Source: an uncultured Methanospirillum sp. (GTDB lineage: Archaea > Halobacteriota > Methanomicrobia > Methanomicrobiales > Methanospirillaceae). From it: a stretch of 46,275 bases of DNA. This document shows, in pieces, positions 28,262 to 36,410 of the stretch. The first letter of the stretch is position 1. Every line of letters begins with the position of its first letter. The stretch covers positions 1 to 46,275 of the forward strand of contig CAZWTX010000020.1 in NCBI GenBank assembly GCA_964637135.1, given 5' to 3'. The notes below the pieces were generated by a model. It did no database searches. It was not told where the DNA came from and saw only the letters and a list, made by a program, of their open reading frames with translations. The translations under genes and the position numbers were made by a program.

Positions 28262-28600
28262 ATGGCTGCCGGAATGGATGACCTTGAGCAGAAGATCGGG
28301 AAGGTTCCCCGGATCTTCAAGAAACTTGCAGATACCGATCCTGATCTGCACGAGATGATCCTCCGCCTCGACCAGTTCATCTGGGATGATGGTGCTCTCT
28401 CCCGGAAGACCAAGAAACTCATAGCGATTGCTATAGCAACCTCAATGCGGGATCAGCATGCCATCCGGGCACAGATGGCCGGGGCAAAGAGTCTTGGTGT
28501 CACGAAGGATGAGGTCGAAGAAGCGCTCAGGGTGGCATATCTCCTGGCAGGGATGCCAGCCTATGTGAACGGAAAAGTGGTTGAAGAAGAGGTTATGTAG
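28262..28600 (+). CDS. Carboxymuconolactone decarboxylase (CMD/AhpD-like) family protein
   Basis: DGALSRKTKKLIAIAIA...AKSLGVTKDEVEEAL..A...AGMPA; starts 4 bp after the desulforedoxin stop. Confidence 0.88.
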   Translation: MAAGMDDLEQKIGKVPRIFKKLADTDPDLHEMILRLDQFIWDDGALSRKTKKLIAIAIATSMRDQHAIRAQMAGAKSLGVTKDEVEEALRVAYLLAGMPAYVNGKVVEEEVM

Positions 28601-28609
28601 GGAGTGAAC

Positions 28610-29275
28610 ATGATGCATGGTGATGATTATTCCGATGAATGCGAGTGTATCAGCTTTCCGACCCTCGGAGAGCCTGCACCCGATTTCGAGGCAGTGACTA
28701 CCCATGGACCCCTGAAACTTTCAGATATGAAAGGGAAATGGGTCGTTCTCTTCTCACATCCTGCCGATTTTACCCCGGTATGTACAACTGAGTTCATCGC
28801 TTTCTCGAAGGCCAACGATGAACTCAAGGCATTGAACGTGCAGTTAATCGGTCTCTCCATCGACAGCGTGCATTCACACATCGCCTGGGTGAGAAATGTC
28901 AGGGAGAAGATGGGTGTGTCAATCCCCTTCCCCATCATTGCCGATCTTGACATGAACGTTGCTTCCCTGTACGGGATGATCCATCCCGGCCAGAGCAGTA
29001 CTGCTGCCGTACGGGCAGTCTTCTTCATCGACGACAAGGGTATTCTCAGGGCGATGATCTACTACCCCATGACCTGCGGGCGGTTCATCCCTGAGATCAT
29101 CCGGCTCGTCACGGCTTTGCAGACCTCCGACAGGGAAGGCGTTGCGACACCTGCAAACTGGCAGCCGGGGGACAAGGTCATCGTTCCTGCACCATCCACC
29201 GTTGAGGGAGCGGACAAGCGGATGGGTGAAGGGTACGAGTGCAAGGATTTCTACCTCTGCTATAAGCAGATCTGA
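28610..29275 (+). CDS. Peroxiredoxin (Prx6/archaeal type)
   Basis: FSHPADFTPVCTTEF, GLSIDS, VRAVF, YYP..GR, TPANWQPG, C-terminal ECKDFYLC. Confidence 0.95.
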   Translation: MMHGDDYSDECECISFPTLGEPAPDFEAVTTHGPLKLSDMKGKWVVLFSHPADFTPVCTTEFIAFSKANDELKALNVQLIGLSIDSVHSHIAWVRNVREKMGVSIPFPIIADLDMNVASLYGMIHPGQSSTAAVRAVFFIDDKGILRAMIYYPMTCGRFIPEIIRLVTALQTSDREGVATPANWQPGDKVIVPAPSTVEGADKRMGEGYECKDFYLCYKQI

Positions 29276-29276
29276 C

Positions 29277-29286
29277 CTTTTTTTTG
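29277..29286 (+). terminator. Possible oligo-T terminator after peroxiredoxin
   Basis: T9 run right after the stop codon; the next ATG follows immediately, so read-through is also plausible. Confidence 0.3.
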
Positions 29287-29287
29287 A

Positions 29288-29905
29288 ATGCCTCCTATTC
29301 AGGTTCTTGCCATCGCCGGCAGTCCACGCAGGCATGGAAATTCCGAAGAGATTCTTGACTGGGTCATCGGGGCGATGAACCATCATCCGGATGTTATCGT
29401 TGAGAAGGTAATCCTTGTCAATGCTGACATCAGTCCCTGCCGCGGGTGCAATGCCTGTGAAAAACTGAACCGCTGCGTCATCAGTGACGGGATGGATACC
29501 CTCCATGACCGGATCCTTGCCGCTGACCTTATCATCCTCTCCACCCCGGTATACTGCATGAGCCTCTGTTCACAGGCGAAAGCGCTCGTGGACCGTATGC
29601 AGGTCTTCCGGTCTCGCAAGTACGTGCTTCATCTCCCGGTTATTCCCCCGGAGCGGGTTGGAAAACGGCTTGGCCTCTTCATCTCCACTGCCGGACAGAC
29701 TTGGGATTATGTCTTTGATGCTTCAATCCCGGTAAGCCGGTGTTTCTTCCATGTGATCGGCGTCAGGGAGAAGGACACCCGGTACCTCCTCGTAAATGGC
29801 GTCGATGAGAAAGGGGCAGTCAGGAACCATCCCACGGCAAAGGCTGACGCGGAGCGGCTTGCCACCGAGTTGATCCTGACCCTGCGGGAGCGTCTTGCGG
29901 TATGA
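29288..29905 (+). CDS. Iron-sulfur flavoprotein (Isf)/flavodoxin family
   Basis: AGSPRRHGNS, CRGCNACEKLNRC (CX2CX2CX5C), STPVY, KALVDR. Confidence 0.9.
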   Translation: MPPIQVLAIAGSPRRHGNSEEILDWVIGAMNHHPDVIVEKVILVNADISPCRGCNACEKLNRCVISDGMDTLHDRILAADLIILSTPVYCMSLCSQAKALVDRMQVFRSRKYVLHLPVIPPERVGKRLGLFISTAGQTWDYVFDASIPVSRCFFHVIGVREKDTRYLLVNGVDEKGAVRNHPTAKADAERLATELILTLRERLAV

Positions 29906-30555
29906 ATCCATCCCGCCCAATCCGGGTTGTCGGTGTCATGGGCAGTCCCCGCCTGAAAGGCAACACCGCTACCCTTCTTGCACGGTTTCTCGCCGGTGCG
30001 GCCGATGCAGGGGCACTGACCGGGGAGATCATCCTGGTCAGGCAGAATTACTCCTCCTGTCACGGGTGCAATGCCTGTCATAAAACGGGATCCTGTATCC
30101 TTGATGATGACGCCCCGGCCCTTCTCGAAGGACTGATGGAGGCAGATTGTATCGTCGTCGCTTCACCGGTGTATTCCATGGGTATCACCGCCGAGCTCAA
30201 ATCGTTCATCGATCGGGCCCATTATCTCTGGGTCAGGCAGTTTCGCATGAAGACAATCGCTTTTCCCCATGATCGGAAACAGACCCATCATGCCTACTAT
30301 ATCTCTACTGCTGGAATGGACCGACCGGATGTGTTCGACACTGCATTCCCGACGATACGTGCCCTGTTTAACATCCTGGGTTTTGCATATTGTCAGAACA
30401 TTCTGGCACCTGATCTTGACCGGTACCAGGGGATAGCCAACCATCCCGATCTCCTGAAAAAGGCCTATGATGCCGGCTCCAACGCGGTCCTTCTGCTCAG
30501 GGAAGGACGACCATGCTCTTCTGACCAGGCATCACCGGCAGGCCGCCCCGGGTAA
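29902..30555 (+). CDS. Iron-sulfur flavoprotein (Isf)/flavodoxin family
   Basis: GSPRLKGNT, CHGCNACHKTGSC, ASPVY, LKSFIDR. Confidence 0.9.
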   Translation: MNPSRPIRVVGVMGSPRLKGNTATLLARFLAGAADAGALTGEIILVRQNYSSCHGCNACHKTGSCILDDDAPALLEGLMEADCIVVASPVYSMGITAELKSFIDRAHYLWVRQFRMKTIAFPHDRKQTHHAYYISTAGMDRPDVFDTAFPTIRALFNILGFAYCQNILAPDLDRYQGIANHPDLLKKAYDAGSNAVLLLREGRPCSSDQASPAGRPG

Positions 30556-30614
30556 TCACTTTCACCCCGTGCCCTCCCTCTTTTATTACTTCTACCGGTG
30601 AGTCATCCTCAGGA

Positions 30615-31700
30615 ATGGGCAGCACAGCACTTGCTCAGGTGGCCAGGCGGTGGCAGCAACAGATCACTTCTTCCCCTGAATACGCGGTGGTAGCACATGA
30701 CAACACCTACCGGCTTGGCATGTCTCCCTCATCAATCGGGGAGACAAGGTACCATGCATGCGGGAACCTGCTCACTGAGCTCCTCGGGCAGTATGAAGGG
30801 ATCAGGCTTGAAGATGCCATTCCGGGGAAAGAACAAGAGAACCGGGAAGGAGGATACTACAGGATCACCCATTCCGAGACCTTTCCACAGGGGATGCTCG
30901 CTCCGTTTTCTGCGTCCCATCTCCTCTTCCGACAACTGGATCTCGTAAAAGGGGTCGGGGAGAAACGGATGCACCAGTTCAGGTCACGGGGGATCCGCAC
31001 CCTTCAGGATATGATGTTTCTCCGCCGGTATGCTCCCGATGCCGGCGACCTGACCGTTCTTATCGCTGAAGAGATGGATTCTCTCTACCTGGATCTTAAA
31101 AAACGAAAAGGTCCGTCCCACCCCCTGACCCTCCTCGGTACTGCCCGGATGGAGCGGGAACGATTCCGGTTCATCGACATCGAAACTATGGGCCTTTTTG
31201 GAAGGCCCGTTATCCTCATCGGTGTCGCTGCCTTCACCGGAGATACCCTTCAGTCAACACAACTGCTCCTCCGGGATATCGGAGAGGAATGTGCTGCCCT
31301 CACTGCCCTCCACGACCTGATCCCTCCCGATGCGGTCCTGGTATCATTCAACGGACGCTGCTTTGATATCCCCTACCTGCAGGAACGGATGCATTATTAT
31401 GGGCTCGACCCTCTTCCCGAACACCTGCACGTCGATCTCCTCCACCCATCAAGAAGGGTATGGAGAAGGGAGGGGCATGACTGCCGCCTGTCTACCCTTG
31501 AGCAACGGTACCTTGGCATCTCCCGGCACCAGGATCTTCCGGGAATGCTCGTTCCCGAGTGGTACAATACGTACCTGCACACCCGCAACCCGGGACCACT
31601 CCTCCCCATCGTGACGCATAACCGGCAGGATGTGATCAGTCTTGCCTATCTCTTCGACCTTCTCAGGAGGCGGGCAGGTGAATGGTATACCGGTGCGTGA
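30615..31700 (+). CDS. RNase H-like DEDD exonuclease, YprB/MrfB-like, with HhH motif
   Basis: LVKGVGEK (HhH), FIDIETMG, SFNGRCFDIPYL, HVDLLH, CRLSTLE, HNRQDV. Confidence 0.85.
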   Translation: MGSTALAQVARRWQQQITSSPEYAVVAHDNTYRLGMSPSSIGETRYHACGNLLTELLGQYEGIRLEDAIPGKEQENREGGYYRITHSETFPQGMLAPFSASHLLFRQLDLVKGVGEKRMHQFRSRGIRTLQDMMFLRRYAPDAGDLTVLIAEEMDSLYLDLKKRKGPSHPLTLLGTARMERERFRFIDIETMGLFGRPVILIGVAAFTGDTLQSTQLLLRDIGEECAALTALHDLIPPDAVLVSFNGRCFDIPYLQERMHYYGLDPLPEHLHVDLLHPSRRVWRREGHDCRLSTLEQRYLGISRHQDLPGMLVPEWYNTYLHTRNPGPLLPIVTHNRQDVISLAYLFDLLRRRAGEWYTGA

Positions 31701-33981
31701 TCTTCTTCTTGATAACCCCCGGTTCTCACCGTTTATTTCAGACCTGCGGATTCTCCCCGGCCGGGGGGCTGAGTACGCCGAACCGCCTCATTTTACCGGG
31801 ATAACTGCGTGGTTCCTGGAAAAACAGGGTCTCAAACTCTATACCCACCAGGCAGAGACGGTTGAGGCAGTCTGTTCGGGAGAGGATGTGATCCTGAGCA
31901 CACCGACGGCTTCCGGAAAGACATACGCTTTTTTTCTCCCTTTTGTAGAGATGCGGGCAGAAAATCCCGGGGTAACCGCACTTGCCCTTTACCCGGCAAA
32001 AGCCCTGACCAGGGATCAGATGAAGGCCCTTCTCGATATAGAAAGGGTATCAGGAGTTAATCTGAATCCTGCCATCTATGACGGTGATGTCCCGTCATCA
32101 GTCAGGCCCGGGATCAGGGAGAATGCAGGAATCGTCCTGACCAACCCGTATGAACTCCACCAGATCCTCCCGTGGCACCGCCAGTGGAGCCGGTTTTTCC
32201 GCTCATTGAGGTATGTAATCATCGATGAAGCTCACCAGTTCAGGGGTGTCTTCGGGAGTCATGTCGCGCTCCTGATACGAAGACTCCGGCGGATTGCAGC
32301 ATATTACGGATCTGATCCCATCTTCATCCTCTCTTCAGCCACCCTTGCCAATCCCACCTCCTTTGCTGCGAGTCTTACCGGGAAGAAATGCCGGTTTATC
32401 GGGAAGAGCGGGGCCCCTTCAGGGGACCGGATGATTGTTCTCTATAATCCGTACCAGCTCGGGTTCACGGAGCGGACTCCCTCCTCAGAAGCTGCACTCC
32501 TTCTTGCCTCCCTGGTCGAATCAGGCCATCAGACTCTTTGTTTCACCGGATCGAGAAAAATGACCGAACTGATCGCATCCTGGGCCAGAGGACGCATCAC
32601 CGGGAAAAACCGGAATTACCAGCCGGTTGTGGCATACCGGGCAGGGTACCTCCCGGAGGAACGGAAAGCGATCGAATCCCGGGTAAAATCTGGGGAGATC
32701 AGGGGCATTGTCTCGACCAATGCTCTTGAACTGGGGATTGATATTGGAACCCTTGATGCGGTGGTCATGACCGGGTACCCGGGAACGATAATGTCGGTAT
32801 GGCAGCAGGCCGGTCGGGCAGGCAGGACCGGAAAGGAATCGGTTGCGATACTCATCGGGTTTCACAGCCCGCTTGACCAGTATTTCATGAGAAATCCGTC
32901 GATATTTTTCGAACGCCCGCCTGAACATGCCTTTGTCAATCCGGATAACCCCTACATCCTGTCCGGTCAGATCCTCTGCGCCGGGGCAGAACTGCCTCTT
33001 CAGGCAGGAGATTCCCGGTGGTTTGGAGATACCCTCACGGATCACCTCTCCTCCCTTTCGGGAGAACACCTGCTGACATCAACACCCCGGGGGTTTGTGT
33101 ATTCAGGCCTGAAACGGGCGACCGAACTGATATCTCTCTCAGAAACCGGGGAAAACTGGACACTGGAGACAAAAGGGAAGGTCCTCGAAACGCTTACCCA
33201 AGATCAGGCCTGCAGGGAGGCGCATGAGGGAGCGGTTTTTGTGCACCAGGGGGAGACATATCTCGTCCGGCGATGGGCAGCAGACCAGCAGCGGATATTT
33301 GCAGACCGGGAGGATGTTCCCTACCATACCCGGGCGGATCATTCAGAACAGGTACGGATTATTGAAGCACAGGAGACGAGATCAGTCCCGGGGGGAACCC
33401 TGACCCTTGGATCGGTAGAGGTTACCGGGATATACACCGGATACCGGAAAATCCTTGACGGGGTCACCATCGGGCAGGAACCCCTTGATATTCCCCCGAC
33501 CTCGTATCAGACGATTGCGATCTGGTGGATCCCGGAGTCCGGGGTCTGTGAATCGGTTACCAGGAGTGGAGGGGATCTCGCAGGAAGCCTCCATGGAGCA
33601 GAGCATCTCCTGATCAGCATGATGCCATGGCATCTCCTCTGCGATCGCCGGGATATCGGGGGGCTTTCCACCGTCATGTCAGACCAGACCGGTACCCCGG
33701 TTATATTCATATATGACGGGTACGAGGGGGGAACCGGTCTTTGTGAGGCATCATACCCCCTTTTCGAACGCATCGGAGGATCCGCGTTTGATGCGGTGGA
33801 CCGGTGCCCGTGTAGTGAAGGATGTCCTGCCTGTATTCATTCACCGAAATGCGGAAATGACAACCAGCCGCTTGATAAAAAGGGTACGGCACTACTATTG
33901 TCTCTCTATCAGGATGCAGAAAATCCAGATATTATGCATCCGGGTTCTTCTTTGCGAGCACCTTCTCCTTGTAATGAGTGA
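31678..33981 (+). CDS. DEAH-box helicase with DUF1998 zinc domain (MrfA/Hrq1/SftH-like)
   Basis: LYTHQ, TPTASGKT, YPAKAL, DEAH, SAT, TNALELGIDIG, QQAGRAGR, IYDGYEGGTG, CPCSEGCPAC.....C. GTG start at 31678 inferred. Confidence 0.92.
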   Translation: MNGIPVRDLLLDNPRFSPFISDLRILPGRGAEYAEPPHFTGITAWFLEKQGLKLYTHQAETVEAVCSGEDVILSTPTASGKTYAFFLPFVEMRAENPGVTALALYPAKALTRDQMKALLDIERVSGVNLNPAIYDGDVPSSVRPGIRENAGIVLTNPYELHQILPWHRQWSRFFRSLRYVIIDEAHQFRGVFGSHVALLIRRLRRIAAYYGSDPIFILSSATLANPTSFAASLTGKKCRFIGKSGAPSGDRMIVLYNPYQLGFTERTPSSEAALLLASLVESGHQTLCFTGSRKMTELIASWARGRITGKNRNYQPVVAYRAGYLPEERKAIESRVKSGEIRGIVSTNALELGIDIGTLDAVVMTGYPGTIMSVWQQAGRAGRTGKESVAILIGFHSPLDQYFMRNPSIFFERPPEHAFVNPDNPYILSGQILCAGAELPLQAGDSRWFGDTLTDHLSSLSGEHLLTSTPRGFVYSGLKRATELISLSETGENWTLETKGKVLETLTQDQACREAHEGAVFVHQGETYLVRRWAADQQRIFADREDVPYHTRADHSEQVRIIEAQETRSVPGGTLTLGSVEVTGIYTGYRKILDGVTIGQEPLDIPPTSYQTIAIWWIPESGVCESVTRSGGDLAGSLHGAEHLLISMMPWHLLCDRRDIGGLSTVMSDQTGTPVIFIYDGYEGGTGLCEASYPLFERIGGSAFDAVDRCPCSEGCPACIHSPKCGNDNQPLDKKGTALLLSLYQDAENPDIMHPGSSLRAPSPCNE

Positions 33982-34339
33982 CTATCTTTGAGAGCGAGGA
34001 TAATTTATCCATTTCAAGGCCGTAAAGAGCAAATCCCTTCTTGTCAACGGCGACAACCTTGTAATACTGCCTGATTGGATCCGGAACCTTTGCAGACGGA
34101 ATAGAACGCATATTCATGAAATTTTCTATCTGCACCTGGAAATTCTTCTGGAGCAGAATGCGTATTTCACCTATCCACGCCTTTAATTGCCGGATATCCT
34201 CCATGTTCCAGTTTTTTATCAGACTTTCCAGTTCGGATATCCGATCGATTGTGTCCTTGCTCTTCTCGATATGTTCGTCTACTGCCTGGGAGAGGGCCAT
34301 CTGTGCTTGGTCTGCACTGTCGATACTGTCATCAAACAC
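33932..34339 (-). CDS. Hypothetical protein (helical N-terminal half)
   Basis: Open frame; GTG at 34339 preceded by GAGGAGGTGA RBS; co-oriented downstream of the protease gene. Confidence 0.7.
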   Translation of the reverse strand: MFDDSIDSADQAQMALSQAVDEHIEKSKDTIDRISELESLIKNWNMEDIRQLKAWIGEIRILLQKNFQVQIENFMNMRSIPSAKVPDPIRQYYKVVAVDKKGFALYGLEMDKLSSLSKIVTHYKEKVLAKKNPDA

Positions 34340-34388
34340 TGATCTCACCTCCTCTGCAGGTAATGTATCGCATGTGACATCTTCAATA

Positions 34389-34850
34389 TTATTCTTTGGA
34401 TCCGTTCGCCGAATATGGGCAGATGATATGAATCTCGTCACGCACGATGATTCCATGCAGGGTGGTCACCGCCTCAGTCATTTTTGGACTGAGCCCTTCA
34501 CCCGGCTCGAGGTGTTCCGGTTCAATTCCTACCAGGATGATCTCCTTCACCCAGGGTTTCATGTACCCGATGAGCAGGTGTACCGGGATCTGGTGGGTGC
34601 CGATCCCGGTCTCGATAATCAGTTCTTCAGGGATGATCCTGACTGATCCGGGAGGAAGATCCATTTTCGCAGCATCAACGATCACCAGAAGATCAGGCCG
34701 GTGTTCCCTGATGAGACGGGTATAATTTTCAGGAACGGTCCCGGCATCAATGCATATCCACCCCGGAATATCTCCGTTCCGGGCAAGATACGGCCCTGCT
34801 CCGTCATCGGAGAGGAGAATATTTCCAACGCCAAGAAGTATCTTCACCAT
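34389..34850 (-). CDS. hycI: Hydrogenase maturation protease (HycI-like)
   Basis: LGVGNILLSDDGAG, DAGTVPENY, IVDA, GTHQIP, VGIEP. Confidence 0.92.
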   Translation of the reverse strand: MVKILLGVGNILLSDDGAGPYLARNGDIPGWICIDAGTVPENYTRLIREHRPDLLVIVDAAKMDLPPGSVRIIPEELIIETGIGTHQIPVHLLIGYMKPWVKEIILVGIEPEHLEPGEGLSPKMTEAVTTLHGIIVRDEIHIICPYSANGSKE

Positions 34851-34896
34851 TAGCTTCTATCCCCGGTTTGCCGTCAGCCAGTTTCATTCTCCGGAT

Positions 34897-34912
34897 GAAA
34901 TATTTAATGTAT
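34897..34912 (+). promoter_or_regulatory. Candidate BRE/TATA box for the TerY-P operon
   Basis: TGAAATATTTAATGTA about 20-35 bp upstream of ATG 34933, in the divergent gap with hycI. Confidence 0.45.
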
Positions 34913-34932
34913 ATGAATACAAGGATAACCTG

Positions 34933-35634
34933 ATGGATTCTGAAGCCCTTGAAAACCTCGTCGATATCCCGTTTCCCCAGCATCCCCACTGTGCCATGGT
35001 TCTTGTACTTGACACATCGGCATCCATGGCTGGAACCAAGATCGCAGAACTGAACGAAGGACTCAACATCCTCTCTACAGAACTGCTCGAGGATGACCTT
35101 GCTTCAAAACGGATCGACATCGCCATCGTCACGTTTGGAAAAGGGGTGAATGTTGTCTCTGAATTTGTCGGAATCAGCGAATTCAGTCCTCCTGTTCTTG
35201 AAGCAGGAGGATATACCCCGATGGGAGAAGCGATCCTGAAGGGCATAGATCTGATCGAGGCGAGAAAGGCCGAATACAGGGAAATTGGCATGGATTACTA
35301 CCGTCCGTGGATATTCCTGATCACCGACGGGCAGCCGACCGATATGCGGAGAGGTGATGACATGTGGGAACGTGTTCTCCAGGCAGTCCATTCAGGTGAA
35401 GAAGAAAAAAAATTTCTCTTCTGGGCGTTGGGAGTCGATCAGGCGAACATGGCCCTCCTCAGGGAGATATCAGCTCCGTCCCGGACCCCGCTTCAGCTGA
35501 AAGAAGCACGATGGGGGGAGATGTTCCTCTGGCTCTCCCGAAGTCTTGCGCGAATATCAGACTCGCGGATCGGAGAGCAGATATCCCTGGAGAATCCGAC
35601 GGCACCAGATGGATGGGGAGTGATCCCCTTATAA
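34933..35634 (+). CDS. terY: TerY-type von Willebrand factor A domain protein (YegL-like)
   Basis: MIDAS LVLDTSASM (DxSxS), GGYTPMG, YYRPWIFLITDGQP, F.WLS.S. Confidence 0.9.
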   Translation: MDSEALENLVDIPFPQHPHCAMVLVLDTSASMAGTKIAELNEGLNILSTELLEDDLASKRIDIAIVTFGKGVNVVSEFVGISEFSPPVLEAGGYTPMGEAILKGIDLIEARKAEYREIGMDYYRPWIFLITDGQPTDMRRGDDMWERVLQAVHSGEEEKKFLFWALGVDQANMALLREISAPSRTPLQLKEARWGEMFLWLSRSLARISDSRIGEQISLENPTAPDGWGVIPL

Positions 35635-36407
35635 TGCAGGAGGAGATGAAGGGTCCCTGGCCGTATATTGCCGGTGCGAGTGTCACCGGGCCACGGCATG
35701 AAAAAGAGAGAGTACCCGGCCAGGATGCATGGGGCTGGCACAGGAGTCCGGATGGTATCTCCCTGCTTGCCGTCGCAGATGGTCTCTCATCGGTCAGGAA
35801 CGGCGGAACGGGATCTGCCGTGGCGGTATCTGCCCTGATCAAAGCAGCTGGAAACAACACCTTCCCGGAATTGGATCTGACCACGGAACAGATTCATTCC
35901 TTCTTTGCCCTTGCCAGGAGCGCACTTGAAGAGCAGGCAGCAGCTGATGGCACTGATATCTGCGAGTACGGAACCACGCTCCTGATCCTCATGTACCGGG
36001 AAGGCCGGGTTATCACCGGGCAGGTTGGTGACGGAATGATATTAAGCGGGACACGGGATATTTTCTCTGTCCTCTCGGTTCCTGAATCGACCGGGTATGC
36101 CAATGAGACAGCATCCCTGACTTCTCCTGACTGGGAGCCGGAACTGATCATCCGGACAGGAACACCAGATACCCTGATCATGGCGACCGACGGATGCCAG
36201 GGTGTTCTCGCCAGGAAGGAAAAAACGGGGTACATCCCGTACCTGCCCTTTATCACCCCGTTCACCGGATTTATCAGGGACCAGGCACGGGCCGGAAGGG
36301 ACGGCAACACGGCCATAACCGGACTGTTGCTTTCGCAGAAGATGCAACAGTTCTCATCTGATGACAAAACCATGGTCATCCTTTGCGATGAACCGGAACA
36401 ATCCTGA
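35634..36407 (+). CDS. PP2C-family Ser/Thr phosphatase (YegK-like)
   Basis: GASVTGPRH...GQDA, AVADGLSS, TTL, QVGDG, YANET, ATDG, SDDKT; TAATG overlap with the vWA gene. Confidence 0.9.
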   Translation: MQEEMKGPWPYIAGASVTGPRHEKERVPGQDAWGWHRSPDGISLLAVADGLSSVRNGGTGSAVAVSALIKAAGNNTFPELDLTTEQIHSFFALARSALEEQAAADGTDICEYGTTLLILMYREGRVITGQVGDGMILSGTRDIFSVLSVPESTGYANETASLTSPDWEPELIIRTGTPDTLIMATDGCQGVLARKEKTGYIPYLPFITPFTGFIRDQARAGRDGNTAITGLLLSQKMQQFSSDDKTMVILCDEPEQS

Positions 36408-36410
36408 AGC

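Noticed and set aside
31678..33981. DUF1998 helicase as part of DISARM/Druantia/Dpd defence
   Set aside because: Single-chain Hrq1/MrfA architecture paired with a YprB-like exonuclease; no other genes of those systems nearby.
34750..34932. N-terminal extensions in the ORF track (also 626, 6876, 11906, 11961, 12868, 25833, 28208, 34456, 35511)
   Set aside because: They overlap neighbouring genes or promoters; downstream starts fit family N-termini or RBS/overlap patterns better.
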